64,000 bases of DNA, from positions 1-64,000 of IMG/VR virus record IMGVR_UViG_2898615884_000001; one strand, written 5' to 3'. Each line of letters begins with the position of its first letter. Position 1 is the stretch's first letter. Under the pieces are notes generated by a model that saw only the letters and a list, made by a program, of their open reading frames with translations, was not told the origin of the DNA and did not search any database. This stretch comes from a virus (Duplodnaviria; Caudoviricetes). This document shows positions 46,084 to 54,677 of this stretch, piece after piece. The translations under genes were made by a program, and so were the position numbers.

Positions 46084-46890
46084 ATGCCCCGCACCCTCGT
46101 TGCCGCCGCCCCCGGCCCGGCGCGTCTCGACATCACCGTCCCTTTCGGACACGTCAAGATCGCCGCCGCGCCCGGCTGCGCCACCGCCACCCTGACCCTG
46201 ACCGCGACCACCACCGACCCCGCGCTCGCCGACCTCATCGACCGCGCCACCCTCCACACCACCGACCACGGCCTCGTCGTCGCCGTCCCCAAACTCCCCG
46301 GCACCGCCACCATCCGCACCAACGGCAACTTCGGCATCCAGGTCCAGGCCAACCACGGCAGCGGCACCTTCATCGCGGGCGACTACCACGGCGCGAACGT
46401 CATCAACGGCCAGCACATCCAGCCCGGGGCCCCGCCCCGCGCGGTATCCGGGGACATCGAGGTCGTCGCGCTCGTACCGCCCGGCAGCGACATCGAGGTC
46501 GACGGGAACGCCGCCGACCTGAGCGCCAAGGGCCGCCTCGGCTCTGTCACCGCCCACGCCAGTTCGGGGGACGTGGACGTGGACACCGCCGACACCCTGA
46601 CCGTCCGCACGACGTCTGGTGACGTCCATGGCGCCGAGGTCACCGGCCGGACCGACATCACCACCACCGCCGGCGACATCAGCATCGCTAGGTTCGGCGG
46701 CACGGGCGACTTCGTCACATCCTCGGGAGACGTCACCGTCGCCGCGATTCAGCGGGGTAACGTCCGCGCCCGCACCTCAACCGGGGACATCCGCGTCACT
46801 GCCGCGCCTGGTATCGCCGAGGGGTTGACGGTCTGGGCCCGGAGCAGCGTGGGGTGTATCCGCGTTCCGGACGGGGCGGCTGCGGGCTGA
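46084..46890 (+). CDS. DUF4097-like beta-strand repeat protein
   Basis: Repeats such as VTAHASSGDVDV, VRTTSGDV, ITTTAGDI, ARTSTGDI. Confidence 0.85.
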   Translation: MPRTLVAAAPGPARLDITVPFGHVKIAAAPGCATATLTLTATTTDPALADLIDRATLHTTDHGLVVAVPKLPGTATIRTNGNFGIQVQANHGSGTFIAGDYHGANVINGQHIQPGAPPRAVSGDIEVVALVPPGSDIEVDGNAADLSAKGRLGSVTAHASSGDVDVDTADTLTVRTTSGDVHGAEVTGRTDITTTAGDISIARFGGTGDFVTSSGDVTVAAIQRGNVRARTSTGDIRVTAAPGIAEGLTVWARSSVGCIRVPDGAAAG

Positions 46891-46940
46891 CCTAGGCGTT
46901 CTGCGTTTTCTCACGTCGTTGCGGATTTCTTGGAGGACTT

Positions 46941-48314
46941 GTGCGGGATACCGCAGAGCAGGCTCCCGCCGGGGCCGAGGCCGACCCGCCACCCGCCCCA
47001 CCCCCCGAACACCACAACCCCGCGCCCGCGGAGGACATCGAGCGGACGCCACAGCCGGCCGAGGACGCGCCCCGTCCCGCGCAGGTGGTCGCCGGACCCT
47101 CGGCAGCGATGGCCGCCGAGGTCGCGACCGCCGTGCCCGCCGCGCTGTTCCACGCCGGGGGTTGGATCGGTCTGGCCGCCGGCGCGGCCGCCGTGGTCGG
47201 GACGGGCGCGGCCGGGGTCGCCGGGCGCCGCCGGGTGGGTACTTCAGGGCGGGCGTGGACGCGGACCCGGACGTGGTCGACGGGCGGCCGGTCGAGCGCG
47301 GCGAAGATGCGGATGCCCGGCACAGGCTCGACGCGAGCGAGTGGGAGCCGGACGCCGCAGTCGTTCGGACGCTCACCCGCCAAGGGCGGCGCCACGGGCG
47401 GCCGGGCCGCTGGCATGCGCGCGGGCGGGGTCGCGGGACGGGCAAGGGCCGGGCGGCTCGGATCCGCGGCACGCCGCGCCACGGCCAGCCCAGCGGTGAG
47501 CGGCCCCGCCCGAGCAGCCCGCCGCGCCACCGCCGCGACCGGCCGAGCCGCGCGCTCGGGATCCCGGAGCACCCGACGCGGCATGGACCACGCGACGACC
47601 GCCGCCATCCGGAACGCCCGCGCCGCCCGCGCCGCACACCGCGCCGTCGCCGGCGGCGGCACCGGACGCGACGCCGCACGCGCCGCACGCGCATCCCTGA
47701 AGGATTCCCACGCCCACCCCACCCGGATCCGGTGGCGGCGCCTCGCCGGGGCGGGCCTGTGGAGCGCGGCGGCCTGGACCTACGGGCGGAGCTACACCGC
47801 GAGCCGGACACTCGCCCGGCGGGCGATGGCACGCCTACGCGGCCAGGACCCGGCGGACACCGACGCCGAGCGCGACCAGCCGCGGATCGAAACAAAAGTG
47901 AACCGGCCGACCGACCCGGCGGCCAACACCAGCAGAGGAGAAGACATGACCCGACGTGAGAGCGGAGGTGGCGTGCCGTCGTTCGTCGCAACGGCGCAGG
48001 AGCATGCCGAGTCCCTCGCCCGGTACGAGCCGCCGCCCGGCGCGGGCGGGATGGTGCAGATGTACCACGACATCGAGATGCTGCCCGACGCGCTGGCGTG
48101 GATCGCCCAAGGGTTCGAGCGGATGGCCACACGGTGCCGTAAGGAACTGCCATTGCACCCCGCGATCAGTGAGCTGGTCGTTGAGCTAGCGAAGACCCAG
48201 ACCCGCATGGCGTCGGTCGCGGCGGAGATCAAGCCCGCGATCACCAAACTGCACGAGGAGGACCTGAAGCGCCACGAAGCGCCGCGTCCCAGCGAAGAGC
48301 GGTGGAACGTCTGA
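46941..48314 (+). CDS. TraA-like plasmid transfer protein (possible nested start at 47946)
   Basis: Low-complexity Arg/Ala-rich N-half; C-terminal HEEDLKRHEAPRPSEERW; coupled to traB. Confidence 0.6.
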   Translation: MRDTAEQAPAGAEADPPPAPPPEHHNPAPAEDIERTPQPAEDAPRPAQVVAGPSAAMAAEVATAVPAALFHAGGWIGLAAGAAAVVGTGAAGVAGRRRVGTSGRAWTRTRTWSTGGRSSAAKMRMPGTGSTRASGSRTPQSFGRSPAKGGATGGRAAGMRAGGVAGRARAGRLGSAARRATASPAVSGPARAARRATAATGRAARSGSRSTRRGMDHATTAAIRNARAARAAHRAVAGGGTGRDAARAARASLKDSHAHPTRIRWRRLAGAGLWSAAAWTYGRSYTASRTLARRAMARLRGQDPADTDAERDQPRIETKVNRPTDPAANTSRGEDMTRRESGGGVPSFVATAQEHAESLARYEPPPGAGGMVQMYHDIEMLPDALAWIAQGFERMATRCRKELPLHPAISELVVELAKTQTRMASVAAEIKPAITKLHEEDLKRHEAPRPSEERWNV

Positions 48315-50521
48315 TGGGCGGCGTGGATTGGCGGTGGCGGCACGGGACGGTGTCCGGGCCCTTGCACGCGACGATCGCGCTGGCGACCGCCTACGAAGTC
48401 GGGACGCTGCCCGTCCTGGACGTCTCCCCGGAATGGGTCCTGATCGGCGGCGCGACCGCGGCCGGGGTGACGAGCTGGCGCGCGGCCCACGACGGCCGCT
48501 CCTGGCTCGGCCTCGGCTACCGGATCGCAGGCATCAGCGGCAGCACCCTCTGGCTGGCGCAGGCCGTCACGACCGGGTGGACGGCCACGCTCGGGTGGAC
48601 GCTCGCGGCGGGCGCGGTCACCGCCGCCGGGCTTGCGCGCCCGATCCGCGCCCGCGACCGCGTCGTCGCCGAACGGCACGCCGCACAGGAAGCCGCGGCG
48701 TCCGTAGCCGCCGTGGACGCGGCCGAGCAGGAACGCTTGACGGGCATCGCCGGGGAGTGGGTCACCCGGATCGAGCGGGTGACCCAAATCGTGCTGCGCC
48801 CCCTCGACCCCCGCACCGGGAAGCGGCCACCAGTGCAGCAAGTCGTCGTCGCCGTCGAGCACTGGATGTTCCCCGGCCCCGGCGGTGTCGAGCGGTGCAC
48901 CGGCTACACCCTGGAACTGGTCCTCCCGACCACGGGCGTGACGTGGCAGACGCTCTCCAATTACCAGGACAACCTCGCCGCGGCCGCCGACCTGCCCCAG
49001 GGGTGCGGGGTCGAGATCGGGCCGGGCAGGTCACGGCGCCGCGCGCTCATCGAGGTGTCCATCGTCGATGCGCTCCGCGACGACATCGCCCTCCCACTGC
49101 CCACCGAACCCCGCACGATCAACAACCCGATCCCCGTCGGAGTGGTCCGCAACGGCGCGCAGGCGGACGTGCCGCTGCGCTACAGCTGCGCCGTCCTGGT
49201 CGGCGCGACCGGGTCGGGGAAGAGCAACGAGCTGCAGACGATCGTGGCCGGGCTGCTGTCCTGCCATGACGTGCTGGTCCTGGTGATCGACTACAACGGC
49301 GGCGGCGTCGCGTTGCCGTGGCTGTCGCCCTGGGTCGACGGGACGATCGCCCGGTCCCCGATCCTGTGGGTGGCCGACAACGAACACGAGGCCATCATGA
49401 TGTGCGACTGGCTGATCGCCGCGATCGAGCACCGCAAACGGGCCTACCACGCCGCGAACCAGGCCCGTGACGACGACAAGCTCGCCGCAACCCCCGCCAC
49501 CCCGCAGCTGGTGCTGGTCACCGACGAAGCGGGCGCGACTGGCCGCGAGGTCACCAAACGGATCGCGCAGATCTCCGACCGCGGACGCGCGGCGGCGGTG
49601 CGGACGGTGACGTGCGCGCTGCGGGCGCTGTCGGAGTACATCCCGACCGAGGTCCTCGCCCAGGCGCAGGTCCGCATCGGCATGAAGGTCAACGACCGCA
49701 AGGAGCTGGGCTACCTCTACGACTGGGCGGGGGGCCGGGGCGGGCCGTCGCCGGAGGACGCGCCGCACACCGGCTACGGGCATGTGCGGTCGGGGCAGGA
49801 GCCGCCGCGGGTGTTCAAGGGGTATCGGACGTCGCCGTCGATGATCCGTGCGGTGGCGGTGGCGCAGGATGCGTGGCGGCCGGAGCTGGATGAGGTGACG
49901 TTGCGGATGTCGGCGGAGTGGCAGCGGGTGTTCGAGGAGCGGTGGCAGCGCTCGGCGCATCTGCTCGCGGCCGCCGGTGGACGAATGCCCGTCCCGTCGG
50001 CGGGTGGTGGAAGCCCTGAGCGGCGGGAGCGGCAGGCCCCGACGGGGCGGGGTGCGCTCCCGCCGACGCCCCCGGACGGACCGGACGCGGGGTCGAAGTT
50101 CGCCGGGCTGAACGACGCGCTCGCCGACCTGGACGCCGCCGCCGAACGGCTCCGCAACGCCACCCCGGACACGCCCGCCGGGCCGCGCGACGACGCCGCC
50201 GACGCCGCCGCGTTCGAGGCGATCGTCGCCTACGAGGTCGTCGTCCCCGAACTCGTCGTGCGCGTCCTCGCTGCGATGGGCTCCGCCGAGCGGATGCACA
50301 CCCGGCAGATCGCCGAGAAGATCGGCAGCCGCGCCGAGTCGCTCGGGGGGCTGCTGTCCCAGCTCGACATCCGGCCGCTCAAGTCGGACTTCACGGTGGA
50401 CGGGCGCCGCGGCCGCGGGTACGAGCGCGCGGAGGTCGAGGCGGCCGCCGAGCGGATCCGGTCGGGTGAGCTGGTGCCGCCGGAGGAGGTCGCGCGGTGG
50501 CGCCCGGACGCGCCGGCCTGA
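48314..50521 (+). CDS. traB: FtsK/SpoIIIE-family conjugative DNA translocase (Streptomyces TraB type)
   Basis: N-terminal TM helices, Walker A GATGSGKS, Walker B LVLVTDE, C-terminal winged-helix region. Confidence 0.85.
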   Translation: MGGVDWRWRHGTVSGPLHATIALATAYEVGTLPVLDVSPEWVLIGGATAAGVTSWRAAHDGRSWLGLGYRIAGISGSTLWLAQAVTTGWTATLGWTLAAGAVTAAGLARPIRARDRVVAERHAAQEAAASVAAVDAAEQERLTGIAGEWVTRIERVTQIVLRPLDPRTGKRPPVQQVVVAVEHWMFPGPGGVERCTGYTLELVLPTTGVTWQTLSNYQDNLAAAADLPQGCGVEIGPGRSRRRALIEVSIVDALRDDIALPLPTEPRTINNPIPVGVVRNGAQADVPLRYSCAVLVGATGSGKSNELQTIVAGLLSCHDVLVLVIDYNGGGVALPWLSPWVDGTIARSPILWVADNEHEAIMMCDWLIAAIEHRKRAYHAANQARDDDKLAATPATPQLVLVTDEAGATGREVTKRIAQISDRGRAAAVRTVTCALRALSEYIPTEVLAQAQVRIGMKVNDRKELGYLYDWAGGRGGPSPEDAPHTGYGHVRSGQEPPRVFKGYRTSPSMIRAVAVAQDAWRPELDEVTLRMSAEWQRVFEERWQRSAHLLAAAGGRMPVPSAGGGSPERRERQAPTGRGALPPTPPDGPDAGSKFAGLNDALADLDAAAERLRNATPDTPAGPRDDAADAAAFEAIVAYEVVVPELVVRVLAAMGSAERMHTRQIAEKIGSRAESLGGLLSQLDIRPLKSDFTVDGRRGRGYERAEVEAAAERIRSGELVPPEEVARWRPDAPA

Positions 50522-50523
50522 CC

Positions 50524-50726
50524 CCCACACCCCCTCCCACACCCGGGGTGTGGGAGGGGGTGTGTCAGGGGTGTGGGACCCACACCCACCCCCACACCCC
50601 CCACAGCCCGCTGACCTGCGTAAACCACACCCCCACACCCCCCACACCCCTCCGTGCGAGGGGCCCCTTCCCCGGGCCAGGGGACCGCGCACACCCCCCG
50701 GCCGGGAGGGGTGTGGGGGGTGTGGG
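50524..50726. repeat. clt-like tract of CCCACACCCC repeats including a perfect 40-bp palindrome
   Basis: About 11-12 copies by manual count (4 inverted); palindrome at 50526-50565; starts 3 bp after the traB stop. Confidence 0.8.
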
Positions 50727-50746
50727 AGACCGAGAGGACACACACG

Positions 50747-51628
50747 ATGAGCACGCAGAAACGCCCCGGCCTGATCTGGGCGTGCGCGGTCCTGACCATC
50801 GCAGCCGCCAACCAGCTCCTCTGGAACCTGTGGCACGCCTTCGACACCGGCATGCCGCACCCGCTGGCCGTCGCGACCGGCGCAGTGCCCGTGCTGCTCG
50901 CGCTCGGCACCTCCGCGCTCGCGGCCAGGGTCCGGTGCGGCAACGTGCAGCGGACCCTGACGTACGGCGTGATGCTCGCGGCGATCGGGATCTCGATCCT
51001 GGCGCAGTACGACCTGCTGATGCACTGGATGGGGAGCAAGGCGGTCGCGGTGTTGTTCCCGACCGTGGGCGACCTGGCGACGCTGATCGCTCTGCACGTG
51101 TTGATCGCCGACCCGGTCCCGGTGCGGGTGGCGGCACCGGTCCGTACGAAGGAGAAGACCCGTACGACGACGGTCCGTACGGCGCAGCCGGTGATCTGTG
51201 AGAGGTCGATCGGGACGCCGTACGTACGGGCGCCGCAGGGCGTTCTGCGGGCCGTACGGAACGAGCAGTACGTGCCGGAGCGTACGGGCGAAGAGACCCG
51301 TACGCCGGAGCCGCGTACGCCTTCCGGCGAGCCCCGTACGGCCGAACACGCGGCCCGTACGCGCGCCGTGGTGTCCGCCCGTACGACCCGTACGGACCAG
51401 GTCAGCGCACCCGTACGGGGCGTACGGGAAGGCCGCGCGCACTGGGTCGAGGTGCTGGCCGACGAGATCCGTACGGCCCGTACGGAAGGCCGTACGTGGG
51501 AACCGGCGTACGTCGAGCTGGAGGCCCGTACGGGGTGGGGCCGGTCGTGGTGCGAGAAGACCGTACGGGCCGCGCGCGAGGCGGCCGAGGAACGTACGGG
51601 CACCCGTACGGGCACCGACGACGCCTAG
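50747..51628 (+). CDS. SpdB-like/DUF2637 membrane protein with repetitive linker and C-terminal HTH
   Basis: Four N-terminal TM helices; RT/VR-rich linker; ELEARTGWGRSWCEKTV; RBS GAGAGGA. Confidence 0.7.
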   Translation: MSTQKRPGLIWACAVLTIAAANQLLWNLWHAFDTGMPHPLAVATGAVPVLLALGTSALAARVRCGNVQRTLTYGVMLAAIGISILAQYDLLMHWMGSKAVAVLFPTVGDLATLIALHVLIADPVPVRVAAPVRTKEKTRTTTVRTAQPVICERSIGTPYVRAPQGVLRAVRNEQYVPERTGEETRTPEPRTPSGEPRTAEHAARTRAVVSARTTRTDQVSAPVRGVREGRAHWVEVLADEIRTARTEGRTWEPAYVELEARTGWGRSWCEKTVRAAREAAEERTGTRTGTDDA

Positions 51629-51645
51629 CCAAACGGGGCCGTACG
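51143..51645. repeat. Dense array of CGTACG palindromes (mostly CCGTACGG-like) inside the coding sequence
   Basis: About 24 copies in about 500 bp by manual count. Confidence 0.85.
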
Positions 51646-51681
51646 AGGCGGCCCCGTACACACCAAGCGAAGGAGAAGGCA

Positions 51682-52047
51682 GTGCCGACGATCATCACCT
51701 TGCCGGTCGAGATCTCAGAGGACGTCGTCCGCGCGGCGGCGCAGGGCCGAGTCCGGCAGTGGGTCGGGCCGGAGATCGCCGAGGACGTCGTACGCGCCGT
51801 CTTGGCCGACGTCCTGGGAGAGGAGAGCGACGGCCAGCTGCCCGAGCAGTCGAGGCCGGACGCGGACGAGGACGCCGTGGCGGTGTTGATGCGCAAGTAC
51901 CTCGGAGTGGACCCGGCGACCGTGAGCGTGCGGAAGGTCCGGGCGGACCTGGGCGGCGCTCGGCACGACCGAGCGGTGCGCGTGAAGGACCTGTGGACGG
52001 CGAGGTACGCGGCGGCGTTCGGCGGCCGCGCGACCGTACCGGCCTGA
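51682..52047 (+). CDS. Hypothetical protein with HTH-like C-terminus
   Basis: RBS AAGGAG before GTG 51682; VSVRKVRADLGGARHDRAVRV. Confidence 0.65.
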   Translation: MPTIITLPVEISEDVVRAAAQGRVRQWVGPEIAEDVVRAVLADVLGEESDGQLPEQSRPDADEDAVAVLMRKYLGVDPATVSVRKVRADLGGARHDRAVRVKDLWTARYAAAFGGRATVPA

Positions 52048-52105
52048 ATCTCTGAACGGACCGGCCGTCGAGCCGGTGGAACCGATCATCGAAAGGACAG
52101 GAACC

Positions 52106-52378
52106 ATGCCCCCCACAACCCAGCAGCCGGCCGCTTGGCCGGAGGGCGTCATCGCCCGGTACCTCACCGTCGGCGGCGCGACGGTCGATCTGATGCGCAG
52201 CCGGGCCGGGATCACGGCGGTCTGCCGCGGCTGCCCCGTCGCGCACGCCACGCGGGCGTTCGAGAGGGCGGGGTCGGTCCGGCAGGACGGCGGCAAGCGG
52301 GCGACGGAGCAGGCGCAGGAGTGGGCGCAGACGCATGCGGAGCGGTGCCGCGCCATGCCCCGCCCGGACAGCGAGTGA
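52106..52378 (+). CDS. Small protein typical of actinomycete transfer regions
   Basis: WPEGVIARYLTVGGATVDL...C.GC...AQEWAQTHAERCRAMPRP. Confidence 0.7.
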   Translation: MPPTTQQPAAWPEGVIARYLTVGGATVDLMRSRAGITAVCRGCPVAHATRAFERAGSVRQDGGKRATEQAQEWAQTHAERCRAMPRPDSE

Positions 52379-52382
52379 CGTC

Positions 52383-52814
52383 GTGCCCGCGAAGACGCTC
52401 GACATCCGCGCCTACACACCCGCCACCGCGCCACCCTGGGCCGCCGAGATCGTCACCGCGATCCGGGGAGGCGACCTCGCCAAGGGCAGCCGCCTGTTCC
52501 GCGAGGCAGCCTCGACGTCCGGTATCGAGCGCGCGGTCTACGCGGTCGCGGCGGTGGTCGAACCCGGCGCCGGTCAGCTCACGGTCGGCCCGGGGCCGCT
52601 CGTGTACGGCAACCCGCTGCGGACCGGCTACTGCTGGCGCTGCGGGACGTGCCTGGCCACCTTCCGCCGGGGCGGCCCGGCGCCTACCGCGGGCGTGAAC
52701 TACAAGACCGCCCAGAGCGCGCGCGGCGCCGCAGTGAAGCACGACCGCGAGGCGCACGGGGGTCGCTCGACGGTGCACGAGCTGAGCCCGAGGGGGCGTG
52801 ACCTGCGGTGCTAG
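52383..52814 (+). CDS. Hypothetical protein with CxxC
   Basis: YCWRCGTC; overlaps the start of the next gene. Confidence 0.55.
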   Translation: MPAKTLDIRAYTPATAPPWAAEIVTAIRGGDLAKGSRLFREAASTSGIERAVYAVAAVVEPGAGQLTVGPGPLVYGNPLRTGYCWRCGTCLATFRRGGPAPTAGVNYKTAQSARGAAVKHDREAHGGRSTVHELSPRGRDLRC

Positions 52815-53710
52815 GGAAGACGCACGCGCTGAGCGGCGCGATGATGTTCGGGGTGCTGGCGGTCCCGGCCGCGCCGGTCGCGCACCTGTCCCTCCCCGAG
52901 CTCGCCCTCGGCACCGTCGTGTGTGCGGGTGCGGCGATGCTCCCGGACATCGATCACCGCGAGTCGCATGTGGCGCGGACGCTCGGGCCGCTGTCCCGGG
53001 GGCTCGCGTGCGCGGTCGCGTGGGTCGCCGGCGGGCACCGCAGGGGTGTGCACTCGCTCGTCGGGGTGGCGGTGGTCGCGCTGCTGGCGTTCCTCGGCGC
53101 CGCGCTCCGCTCGGGGAGCACGAGCTGGGCGGTGGCCGGGATCGCCCTGGCCGCCGTCCTCGCGGGCTCCGGGCTGCTGGCCGGGATGGCGTGGCCGGGT
53201 GACCGGCGGCGCGGCCGACGCGTCTACCCCGAACGCTGGCACGGACCCGCGGCCGCCGGGGTGTTCGGCGTCGTCGCCCTGGCGCTCGCCGTCGGCGCGG
53301 CCGTGGACCCGCACGCGACCGGGACCGGCGTCCTCGCGGTCCTGCTCGTCCTCACCCTTGCGTCGGCGGCGAGGGTCTTCCACATCCGCCGGTGGACGCG
53401 CCTGCGGACCGAGGTGGACGACCTGCTGCCGATCCCGGTCACGTTCGTCCTACTCGTCGGCGACACGAACCTCCGCGTGGTGCCCTTCGCGGTCGTCCTC
53501 GGCGTCATCGTCCACATCGCCGGAGACATGGCCACCGTCGGCGGCTGCCCGCTCGGATGGCCGTGGTCGCTGACCGCGCGGGGGCCTCGCGCGTTCAGGA
53601 CGAACTCGCCCATCGAGCGGGGGCCGGTGACGTGGGCGTGCATGGTGATCTTTGCGGTGACCGTGTTCTGGAACAGCGGGATCGCGAACGCCATCACCAG
53701 GCACGGGTAG
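52808..53710 (+). CDS. Membrane metal-dependent hydrolase (YdjM-like)
   Basis: MLGKTHALSG, LPDIDH, HRRGVHSL, HIAGDMAT..GCPL.WP. Confidence 0.9.
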   Translation: MLGKTHALSGAMMFGVLAVPAAPVAHLSLPELALGTVVCAGAAMLPDIDHRESHVARTLGPLSRGLACAVAWVAGGHRRGVHSLVGVAVVALLAFLGAALRSGSTSWAVAGIALAAVLAGSGLLAGMAWPGDRRRGRRVYPERWHGPAAAGVFGVVALALAVGAAVDPHATGTGVLAVLLVLTLASAARVFHIRRWTRLRTEVDDLLPIPVTFVLLVGDTNLRVVPFAVVLGVIVHIAGDMATVGGCPLGWPWSLTARGPRAFRTNSPIERGPVTWACMVIFAVTVFWNSGIANAITRHG

Positions 53711-53723
53711 CGGCGCGGCGGCG

Positions 53724-53754
53724 ACGGCCCCGAACCACACCGGTTCGGGGCCGT
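53724..53754. terminator. Bidirectional terminator
   Basis: Perfect 13-bp arms ACGGCCCCGAACC/GGTTCGGGGCCGT between convergent genes. Confidence 0.8.
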
Positions 53755-53775
53755 TCGCATGCTCGGCGTCAGCGC

Positions 53776-54285
53776 CTACGGAAGGATGGCGAGCGACGTC
53801 GCCTGCGCCTGCGCCCAGCTCTGCTCACGAATCTCTTCCGCCCTTCTACTGACACAGACCTCCGACGACTCACCCGGCAGGCGCTCGGTCAAGCAGTACG
53901 TGCGAGCCTCGGCGTGCGCTGCCCTGTCCACATCCCTGGACGCCTCTCTGGCGGCGACGAGGGAGACGGCCACGGGGACCGCCGCAGCTACGAACACGAG
54001 TCGCCTCCTGTGCCGGACCGCGATGACGCCCAGGCAGGCCGCGGTGAGCACGACCGCGACGACGAACTTGAGCGGGTCGCCGGGGATGTTGTCGATCAGC
54101 CCCGTCCATCTCCGTCGTTCGGCGGCTCGCGTGTCCGCGTATCGGCGCCGGGCCGACCAGCCGGCGAGCCGATACGCCGCCCATCCCAGGATCGCGGATA
54201 CCTGACCGGCGATGACACCGGCCGTGGCCCCGATCGCGATCGCGGTGGCCGTGACGCTGGACAGGTCTAACAATTTCCTGATCAT
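53776..54285 (-). CDS. Membrane protein
   Basis: Three hydrophobic segments; RBS GGGAG. Confidence 0.65.
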   Translation of the reverse strand: MIRKLLDLSSVTATAIAIGATAGVIAGQVSAILGWAAYRLAGWSARRRYADTRAAERRRWTGLIDNIPGDPLKFVVAVVLTAACLGVIAVRHRRRLVFVAAAVPVAVSLVAAREASRDVDRAAHAEARTYCLTERLPGESSEVCVSRRAEEIREQSWAQAQATSLAILP

Positions 54286-54677
54286 GGACTGCTCCCAGGG
54301 GTATGCCGGATGCGGGGCCGCTGGACGTGGAGGTGCTCGACCGTGACCAGGCGGCCGGACTCCCGTAGCCGCGCCGCGAGGAGCTCCGCTACAGCGACCG
54401 ACCGGTCATGCCCCTGCGAGCAGCCCAACCCGATCGACGCGGTGCCCGGCGCGCACGCTCGGGCGTAGAGCCGGTCCAGCAGTTCGGCAGCGGCGGAGTC
54501 GGCGAGCACGACCTCTCGGACCGCCTGGTCCCGCCCATCCACCGGGCTGACCTCTAACAGCGCGAGGATGCGGTGGTAGCCGGCCGGGTCGGCGAGCTGG
54601 TGGCGGAGGTCCTCGACATGGTCGGCGGGCGGGGGCGGGCCGTGAAGGTAGCCGAACGAGACCAGGTGGACGGTCAT
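54282..54677 (-). CDS. RapZ C-terminal-domain-like protein
   Basis: VHLVSFGYLHG, IGLGCSQGHDRSVAVAELL...VEHLHV; ATGA coupling. Confidence 0.8.
   Translation of the reverse strand: MTVHLVSFGYLHGPPPPADHVEDLRHQLADPAGYHRILALLEVSPVDGRDQAVREVVLADSAAAELLDRLYARACAPGTASIGLGCSQGHDRSVAVAELLAARLRESGRLVTVEHLHVQRPRIRHTPGSSP

Larger units (their letters stand above)
45546..53754 (+). mobile_element. Streptomyces-type conjugative transfer module (kor/tra/clt/spd-like) embedded in the phage
   Basis: Divergent RHH regulator, operator palindromes, TraA-like gene, FtsK/TraB, repeat tract behind traB, membrane Spd-like genes, closing terminator. Confidence 0.8.

Noticed and set aside
50524-51645. Repeat tracts as possible CRISPR arrays
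   Set aside because: Units are 6-10 bp with irregular spacing, there are no unique spacers of 30-40 bp, and no cas genes were seen
49031-51661. 876-aa minus-strand ORF spanning traB, clt and spdB
   Set aside because: Runs through a non-coding repeat tract antisense to motif-bearing genes; no recognisable domain
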